DNA of 64,000 nucleotides. Source: Candidatus Marinacidobacterium sp. Its GTDB lineage: Bacteria > Acidobacteriota > Vicinamibacteria > Marinacidobacterales > Marinacidobacteraceae. The stretch spans positions 768,001-832,000 of the forward strand of contig OZ244852.1 of assembly GCA_965220965.1 (NCBI GenBank), written 5' to 3'. Positions within the stretch are counted from its first letter, which is position 1, and each line of letters opens with the position of its first letter. Positions 58,801 through 64,000 of the stretch are shown here, in pieces. Below the pieces are notes generated by a model that was given only the letters and a program-made list of their open reading frames with translations, was not told the origin of the DNA and searched no databases. The translations under genes and the position numbers were made by a program.

Positions 58801-59024
58801 CGCTGAACGGCCTGCTCGGGCAGGGGCTGTCCGTCCTGGGATTCGGGGCCGGGCGTCTCCGCGGCGTGTCCATGTCCGGCTCCGGGAACATGGCCTACAG
58901 CGTGACGCAGGCGGGGGGCGACCTGATCGACACGGTGATCGGGGACTTCCGTTTCCGGGTGCGGGACAGCGCCCTCGAGCCGGTCACCCTCTTCGTCGAG
59001 AGCTTCCGGCGCTCGCCCTTCTGA
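55836..59024 (+). CDS. pilY1: PilY1-like pilus tip adhesin (vWA domain plus beta-propeller)
   Basis: Signal peptide; MIDAS LLDTSISM..T..FLTDG; MVY....GGMLHAF...TG.E.FAFVP, WRTVL..G...GG, LLW, YVADL.G.I.R. Alternative ATG at 55920. Confidence 0.8.
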   Translation: MTRVPSKPRRRPPAISVPLESRLGRNASMTPTPRAAPLRAAVLWAAALLLLAPGSSSPTSEGTPVRDAGDLDPPIRRGRDPLDLVRTTVPPRVWILLDTSISMDQSLGDRTRLEEALRIIRWAAATFESDTGAPLVHWRLATFRRYGESDAGIGQACRDPNFGASLPRGSPPGSRVSPFVYCGGLRLASAPTGCDLESARAAMLRKLPRSVNAIRTPAGIALYQLALYIANTATADLLPGQRNVVLFLTDGMDSCECRVTVWRDFVSGDPGVDPNRPLRLRLGEAVPTLSPVEWTFDYTQPYNAGLKAKAALHALNLGDPSAALGDIHVVGIDMESEDSRAVTNHLAWMASDLQRPALHAADRAGLRAAVAAVLGEVTLPRGWVKLAEPRLATVKELVALTPGPGSGETPVAEGSNGLVADPADPESLAETLALRAAHRDNVFLSASADLGALEGRLAALPVPERGGVVDGAALWDAGALLEARDPDDRQIWFHRPGETLLRPFTVDRVTPTDLGVDIGYLSELDGVGARSAADAAEIVVRLIRGEELALHPDSGSIYRPDGALHFVGGAGTPKLRESLASPAVVTSPPNRPERGAAYQRFFSDRVNRRTMVYLPTSGGMLHAFSAGTGDEVFAFVPADVLGPATGEGAPGGPFLRDLAVVGVRGAPALRRGLVSRYSLAGSPVARDIRVPGAEPWRTVLAFGRSLGGRVVTTLDVTAVGGTWSGTPEPPSRWPVEARRPRLLWNRGGSGAPDSGLPGLGETPEPVFAEVPARDGGEWVVFQSGGSGVSDVALFVLAAEDGRLRQRLPLASAPGAPISPNEAPTAAVVWRPGWATPGASNLVSAAYVADLHGQIHRLDTAASGGWALRVAHRLGADHPVQTRPVAFPFPGRVEPHLLVVTGGDRRLRNGPSDLVLLRDLGTHFDEVWRRALPEGEAPQGRPVVQVSSSGVAVVLPTIAAQPPDDLGCSATRTNEGVSRLRAFNGMTGAPLNGLLGQGLSVLGFGAGRLRGVSMSGSGNMAYSVTQAGGDLIDTVIGDFRFRVRDSALEPVTLFVESFRRSPF

Positions 59025-59026
59025 CC

Positions 59027-60379
59027 GTGCCTCCGCTCCCGTTGCCGCGCCGGCGCCCGAGCACCGCGGCAGGATTCACGCTCACCGAAGCGCTGGTGGC
59101 GCTTTCGCTCTCGCTCACCCTGAGCGCCGCCTTCCTCATGCTCTTCCGGCAGGGCGGCCGGACGCTGCGGCTGGAGCCCGAGCTCGCGGTCTTGCGCCAT
59201 GACGCCGGGCAGGCGCTGGATCGGATCGCCGCCGATCTGGCCCGCGCTGGCTCCGGGATTCCTCCCGAGATCCCGGTCTTCAACGACCTGGGGCCGGCCG
59301 GGAACGGCGACGTCGACGGGCTGGATTTCCTCACTGCGCCGGCCCGCATGGCGGGCATCGGCTTCGAGCCGGTCGTCGCGTTCGACGGGACGGAGGCGAC
59401 CCTGGCGCTTCCCGCATCGCGGCTGGACCCGGAGTCGCGCCCGTGGGCGGTCGTCTTCAACGACGACAAGTTCATGCCGCGCTGGGTCTTCGGGCAGGTG
59501 CTCGCCGTTGGGGGAGGAGGCGGAGGACTTCTGTCCGGCGCCGTCGCGAGCGCCCGCGACGCACTGGGGGAGGAGTCGGCCCCGGCCGGGGCGACGGTCC
59601 GCATCCGTCCGATGGAGACCGGCTGGCATCGCCGGTTTCACGCCGGGGACGGGGCGAGCTTCTCTCCGGGGCAGGGGGGTCTCGTGGGGAAATCGCTCCA
59701 GGCGCTTCTCGGCGGGTTCGTCGAGTCGGTCTTCCCCGCCGCCGCAAATCCCGCGGTCGCCGCGTTGACCTCGAAGCTCGTCGAGGCGGTGGTCAGCGGC
59801 GTCCGGGCCCGACGGGGACGGGCGGGGACCGGGGTGCGGGCCGCCTCCGCAGACGAGGAGGAAGAGGACGAAGAGGGTTACGGGATGTTCGGGCTCGGGC
59901 AGCCCGGGCTGACCCCCGTCTCCCGCATCCGCTACGAGCTCCGCGCCCCGAATGGCGACGGCGACCGGGTGCTCATGCGACAGGTGGACGCCGAGCCGCC
60001 GCAGCCGGTCGCCTTTCTCGAGGACTTCCAGGTGCGCTACTTCACCGGGGACGACGCGGGGATCGCGCGCGACGATCCTCCGGGTTTCGTCGGGGACATG
60101 CGGCGCGCCTCAACGCTCAGCGCGCACCTCGTGCGCGCGGTGGAAGTCACCGTCCGGGTCCGCTCCACCGCGGGGCGCTTCGCCGCGCTGCCGGGCGAAG
60201 GCGGCGGGGACGGCGCCCTGAGCCGGACCTACACCCGCCGGGTGGGGATCCGGGCGACCGCGGCGGGGGTCGACCGCCGGTTCTGGGAGGAGGCGATGCA
60301 GCAGAAGGCGGTGCTGGCCGATGTGCCGCGAATTGGCCCGCTGCGATTCCTCAGCGTGATCCTGGACGCGCTGGAGTGA
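59027..60379 (+). CDS. Large minor pilin, PilW-like (450 aa)
   Basis: AG|FTLTEALVALSL, A..ALD.IA.DL..AG.G, IRY, VA..EDFQV.Y, VRAV.VTV..RS. Confidence 0.78.
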   Translation: MPPLPLPRRRPSTAAGFTLTEALVALSLSLTLSAAFLMLFRQGGRTLRLEPELAVLRHDAGQALDRIAADLARAGSGIPPEIPVFNDLGPAGNGDVDGLDFLTAPARMAGIGFEPVVAFDGTEATLALPASRLDPESRPWAVVFNDDKFMPRWVFGQVLAVGGGGGGLLSGAVASARDALGEESAPAGATVRIRPMETGWHRRFHAGDGASFSPGQGGLVGKSLQALLGGFVESVFPAAANPAVAALTSKLVEAVVSGVRARRGRAGTGVRAASADEEEEDEEGYGMFGLGQPGLTPVSRIRYELRAPNGDGDRVLMRQVDAEPPQPVAFLEDFQVRYFTGDDAGIARDDPPGFVGDMRRASTLSAHLVRAVEVTVRVRSTAGRFAALPGEGGGDGALSRTYTRRVGIRATAAGVDRRFWEEAMQQKAVLADVPRIGPLRFLSVILDALE

Positions 60380-60409
60380 CCGCGCCGCCGGCAGTCCACC
60401 CGGCGGGAC

Positions 60410-61138
60410 TCAGCGCGCGGCCAGGCGCGCGGTGTGGACCGCGACCGCGCCGAACGACAGGAGACGCCAGGAGACCTGCGGAAAGCCGCTCGCTTCGAGG
60501 CGGCGGGCCAGTGTCCCGGGCTCCGGGAACTCGAGGACGGAGTCCCGGAGGTAGTCGTAGGCGTCGGGTCCGGGGGAGCCCAGTCGGGCCAGCACGGGCA
60601 CGGCGAGCCGCATCCAGAGGCGGTGTCCCAGGCGCGCGAGGAACCCCTCGGGCTGCGAGAACTCGAGGATCACGAGCCGCCCCTCCGGCGCCAGCACCCG
60701 GCGCATTTCGGAGAAGGCGGCCGCGTGGTCCGGGAGGTTCCTGACGCCGAACCCCACGATCAGGCGGTCGAAGGCGCCCGTCCGGAACGGCAGCCGTAGC
60801 GCGTCTCCGGCGACGACCGGAAGCCGGATCCCGGCCGCATCCGCCTTCCGCGCGGCCAGCCCGAGCATGGCGGGCGTGAAGTCGCACCCGACGCGAGTGG
60901 ACCCGGGCGGCATCCCGAGGGCGAGGTCGCCGGTGCCGCAGCAGAGGTCGAGGGTTCGCGCGCCGGGGGTCGGGGCGAGGTCGCGAAGCGCCGTCCGGCG
61001 CCAGCGCTGGTCCATTCCCAGGCTCAGCACCCGGTTCATCCGGTCGTAGCCGGGCGCCACCGACTCGAACATGCGCCGGATGGCGCCGGGGGTCTGTCTC
61101 CGCTCCTCGGGCGCCGGGCGTCCGCTCTCGGGAACCAT
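60410..61138 (-). CDS. ubiE: UbiE/MenG quinone biosynthesis C-methyltransferase
   Basis: MF.SVAP.YD.MNRVLSLG.DQRWRR, LDLCCGTGD, GDAL.LPF, FGVRN, EMRRVL.P.GRL.ILEF, AYDYL.DS...FP. Confidence 0.92.
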   Translation of the reverse strand: MVPESGRPAPEERRQTPGAIRRMFESVAPGYDRMNRVLSLGMDQRWRRTALRDLAPTPGARTLDLCCGTGDLALGMPPGSTRVGCDFTPAMLGLAARKADAAGIRLPVVAGDALRLPFRTGAFDRLIVGFGVRNLPDHAAAFSEMRRVLAPEGRLVILEFSQPEGFLARLGHRLWMRLAVPVLARLGSPGPDAYDYLRDSVLEFPEPGTLARRLEASGFPQVSWRLLSFGAVAVHTARLAAR

Positions 61139-61274
61139 CGCCGGAAGTCTCGCATTCCGGACATCGGAGCGGGCGACGGGAAATGCGACCGGCCGTAGCC
61201 GTGTCACCGCGCCGTTTCGTCCGTCGCTCCATAGAATCTACGGCGTCTTGACTCCCCTCGCCCCCTGGCCGCTC

Positions 61275-61700
61275 ATGATCGGTCCCCTCGGCATGCAGGA
61301 GCTGCTCATCATCATGGGCGTCGCCCTGATCGTCTTCGGGCCGCGGAAGCTGCCCCAGATCGGGAAGACCCTCGGGAACACGGTGCGCGAGTTCCGAAGC
61401 CAGAGCCAGCAGTTGCGGAACACCCTCGAGCGCGAAGTCCAGATGGAGGACTTCCGCAAGGCCAGGGAAGAGGTCACCGGTCTGGGGCGCGACGTGGCGA
61501 AGGGTCTCGACCCCAACGCCGAGACGCCCAGCGGCCCGGGTTCCGCCTCCGGCGGAGCGCCTCCGAAAACGGAGCGCGCGGAAGCGTCCGCCGCGAAGGA
61601 GGGGCCGGCGAACGGCTCGGGCGCGGCCGAGTCCGCGACCGCCTCCGACGCGGAGGAAGCGCCATCGTCATCCGGCGAGCCGAAGAGCCAGAACTCGTGA
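61275..61700 (+). CDS. Twin-arginine translocase TatA/TatB family subunit
   Basis: LGMQELLII..VALIVFGPRKLP.IGK.LG...REFR; long helical then disordered tail (TatB-like); precedes tatC. Confidence 0.9.
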   Translation: MIGPLGMQELLIIMGVALIVFGPRKLPQIGKTLGNTVREFRSQSQQLRNTLEREVQMEDFRKAREEVTGLGRDVAKGLDPNAETPSGPGSASGGAPPKTERAEASAAKEGPANGSGAAESATASDAEEAPSSSGEPKSQNS

Positions 61701-61731
61701 CCCCCCGAGGGAACGCTGGCCGCGTCGCGCC

Positions 61732-62529
61732 GTGAACGAACCCGGCGGCCCGGCCGCTTCTCCGAAGGAAGAGCGCGGCGAAGACCGCATGACCTTCCTG
61801 GAGCATCTGGACGAGCTCCGGAAGCGGCTCATTCGGGCGGCGCTCGCCATCCTCGTCGCGTTCGTGGCGTGCTTCTTCTTCTACGAGCAGATCTTCAACT
61901 TCCTGATGCAGCCGCTGCGGGAGGTCATCGAGCCGTACGGGGGAGAGCTGATCGCCACGACGCCGCCGGAGATCTTCATCCTCGGCCTCAAGATGAGCTT
62001 CCTGGTCGCGGTCATCGGGTCGACCCCGGCCTGGCTGGGCCAGGTCTGGGGCTTCGTCGCCCCCGGCCTCTACCGGCACGAGAAGCGCCTCGCGCTTCCG
62101 TTCGTGGTGATCGGCTCGGCGTTCTTCATCTCCGGGGCCGTCTTCTGCCACTACGTCCTGTTTCCGGCGGCGGTCTCGTTCCTCGGGACGTTCGGCGGGG
62201 GAGGCGAGGAGATCCAGATCCGCTACCGGGTCTCCGAGGTCTTCAGCTTCTATGCGCGCCTGGTGCTCGGGACGGCGGTCGTGTTCCAGATTCCGTCGCT
62301 GGCGCTGCTGCTCTCGCGACTCGGGATCGTCACCCCCCGCTTCCTGCTGCGCTACTTCAAATACGCCGTCCTGGTGATCTTCGTGCTTGCGGCGCTGGTG
62401 ACCCCGCCGGACCCGACGACCCAGATCATCCTCGCGGGGCCGATGATCGTGCTCTACATGCTCTCGATCGGGATCGCCTGGATCGGGAACCGGATGCGCG
62501 CGAAGCCCACCGACGAAGACCAGAGCTGA
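61732..62529 (+). CDS. tatC: Twin-arginine translocase TatC
   Basis: MTFLEHLDELRKRLI, QVWGFVAPGLY.HEK, FQIP, AALVTPPDP.TQ..LA.PM..LY. Confidence 0.96.
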   Translation: MNEPGGPAASPKEERGEDRMTFLEHLDELRKRLIRAALAILVAFVACFFFYEQIFNFLMQPLREVIEPYGGELIATTPPEIFILGLKMSFLVAVIGSTPAWLGQVWGFVAPGLYRHEKRLALPFVVIGSAFFISGAVFCHYVLFPAAVSFLGTFGGGGEEIQIRYRVSEVFSFYARLVLGTAVVFQIPSLALLLSRLGIVTPRFLLRYFKYAVLVIFVLAALVTPPDPTTQIILAGPMIVLYMLSIGIAWIGNRMRAKPTDEDQS

Positions 62530-62537
62530 TGGCGCGT

Positions 62538-62735
62538 CCCCCTCTCCCGCAGTTGATCCGTTCGAATCGAAACCTGGCCTAGCAAGTTCCGATTCACGGC
62601 CCGCCGGGCCGTGCGGTGGGAGGGACGGCGTGGCTTGAAGGGGAAGGGAGGTTCGGCGACGGCGCCCCCTCCCGCAATTGGCGCCGTTCATTCGGAACTT
62701 GGCGAAGCAAGTTCCGATTGCTGGCCCGCAGGGCG
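62538..62735 (+). repeat. Two tandem units (about 125 bp period) of the structured intergenic repeat
   Basis: CTCCCGCA.TTG..CCGTTC-H2-H3 at 62544-62610 and 62669-62734; H2 TCGGAACTTG-GCGAAG-CAAGTTCCGA at 62692-62717 is identical to the 27058 copy; GTGCGGTGGGAG arm at 62611. Confidence 0.85.
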
Positions 62736-62766
62736 CCATTCACCGCGGACTTGCTACGATCTTCCC

Positions 62767-64000
62767 ATGTTGAGGTTGCGGCGCAGGGTTTTGCCGCTGG
62801 CGCTCCCGCTGGTCGTGGGAGTCGCCATCGGCGCAACGGTTCTGGGACCGCGGCCGGCGCCCGGGGTGGCGCCGGATGACGAGTTCGCGCCGCTGATCCA
62901 GCAGCACGCCAACGTGCTGCGCGCCATCGAGACGGCCTACGTCCGCGACGTTCCCTCGGAGACGCTCATCCGGGCCAGCGTCGGGGGCATGCTCCGGCGC
63001 CTCGACCCGCACTCGAACCTCTTCGTGCCCCGGAACTACCGGCAGATGCGCGAGCGCCAGCAGGGCGGCTACGTCGGGCTCGGTATCCGGGTCCAGGAGC
63101 GGAACGGCCTGCTCACGGTCGTCTCGCCCTTCGAGGGCACGCCGGCCTACCGGCTCGGCATCCGGGCGGCCGACGTGATCTCGAGGATCGAGGGGGTGGA
63201 CGCGACCCAGTACACGATGGACGAGGCGGTCAACCTGCTTCGGGGCCCGCGCGGGACGCCGGTCCGCATCACGATCACCCGGCCGGGCTACGACGCTCCG
63301 CTGGACTTCACCGTGATCCGCGACCGGATCCCGCTGAAGAGCGTGCCCTACTTCTTCGTCCTCGACGATCCCGGCGCCTCGGAGAAGACCGGCTACGTCC
63401 GGATCTCCGACTTCAACGAGAACACCGAAACCGAGCTGAACGAGGCGATCGTGGAGCTGCGCCTCGAGGGGGCCACCCGGCTGCTGGTGGATCTCCGCCA
63501 CAACCCCGGCGGGCTCCTGAACCAGGCGGTCGCCGTCTCGGGCGTGTTCCTCGAGAAGGGGGCCGAGGTTGTTTCGATTCGCGGCCGCCATTCGGAGAAT
63601 GACCAGGTCTTCCAGGTCTCGGCGGCCAGCCCGCACGCCGACCTGCCGCTGATCGTGCTCGTGTCCCAGGAGAGCGCTTCGGCGTCCGAGATCGTGGCCG
63701 GCGCCGTTCAGGACCACGACCGCGGGCTGATCCTCGGCGAGAACACCTACGGGAAGGGGCTCGTCCAGTCCGTCTTCCAGTTGCCGCACGGCTACGCGCT
63801 CGGCCTGACCTCGGCGGAGTACTTCACCCCCAGCGGCCGCCGTCTGCAGCGGGACTACGACTCGGGCGACTTTCTGGCCTACTTCCAGGGCCGGGGAGAG
63901 CACGACTCGAACTCCGAAGCGGGGACGGTCGTTGTCACGGCGCTGGGGCGCGAGATTTCCGGGGGCGGCGGAGTCGCTCCCGACATCGAGGTCCCGTCGC
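62767..64000 (+). CDS. C-terminal processing protease (S41A, CtpA/Prc); runs off the right edge
   Basis: Manual translation from ATG 62767: GML..LDPHS, GLGI, SPFEGTPA (PDZ), GYVRISDF, DLRHNPGGLL, SASASEIVAGA.QDHDR, GKGLVQ. Absent from the ORF track because there is no stop in the window. Confidence 0.93.
   Translation, partial: MLRLRRRVLPLALPLVVGVAIGATVLGPRPAPGVAPDDEFAPLIQQHANVLRAIETAYVRDVPSETLIRASVGGMLRRLDPHSNLFVPRNYRQMRERQQGGYVGLGIRVQERNGLLTVVSPFEGTPAYRLGIRAADVISRIEGVDATQYTMDEAVNLLRGPRGTPVRITITRPGYDAPLDFTVIRDRIPLKSVPYFFVLDDPGASEKTGYVRISDFNENTETELNEAIVELRLEGATRLLVDLRHNPGGLLNQAVAVSGVFLEKGAEVVSIRGRHSENDQVFQVSAASPHADLPLIVLVSQESASASEIVAGAVQDHDRGLILGENTYGKGLVQSVFQLPHGYALGLTSAEYFTPSGRRLQRDYDSGDFLAYFQGRGEHDSNSEAGTVVVTALGREISGGGGVAPDIEVPS

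Overview
A very GC-rich bacterial chromosomal window. Gene content and protein styles suggest Acidobacteriota, possibly a host- or sponge-associated lineage (inference). It is densely coding with about 60 genes. Housekeeping genes: lysA, ligA, fabI, two LeuA-family synthases, leuCD, ilvE, tag, accBC, thiE, folD, coaE, kdsC, pyrG, ubiE/menG, tatA/B-tatC, and ctpA running off the end. It also carries an addBA helicase-nuclease operon, peptidoglycan-recycling genes (a NagZ-AmiE fusion and NamZ), an NHL-lipoprotein/HupE-UreJ pair, and a Myxococcus/Geobacter-style type IVa pilus system in three blocks (pilMNOPQ; pilT-pilC-pilA-ABC-ABC-pilG-like-pilD; pilV-pilX-pilY1-pilW). I found no rRNA, tRNA, CRISPR array or transposase. 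Most notable: (1) a multi-hairpin intergenic repeat family (5 copies at 3 loci) with compensatory base changes, a conserved bulged G and DNA-type c(GNA)g triloops, which looks like an ssDNA-structured REP/REPIN-like element; (2) an AddAB in which the AddA nuclease domain appears split off as a separate, catalytically eroded gene and AddB has lost 3 of 4 Fe-S cysteines; (3) a LigA with a tandemly duplicated HhH domain; (4) an identical 12-mer upstream of two separate pil operons; (5) repeated TANNNT boxes 6-8 nt before start codons, suggesting leaderless mRNAs. All calls come from reading motifs by eye; no searches were run, and start codons are best estimates.
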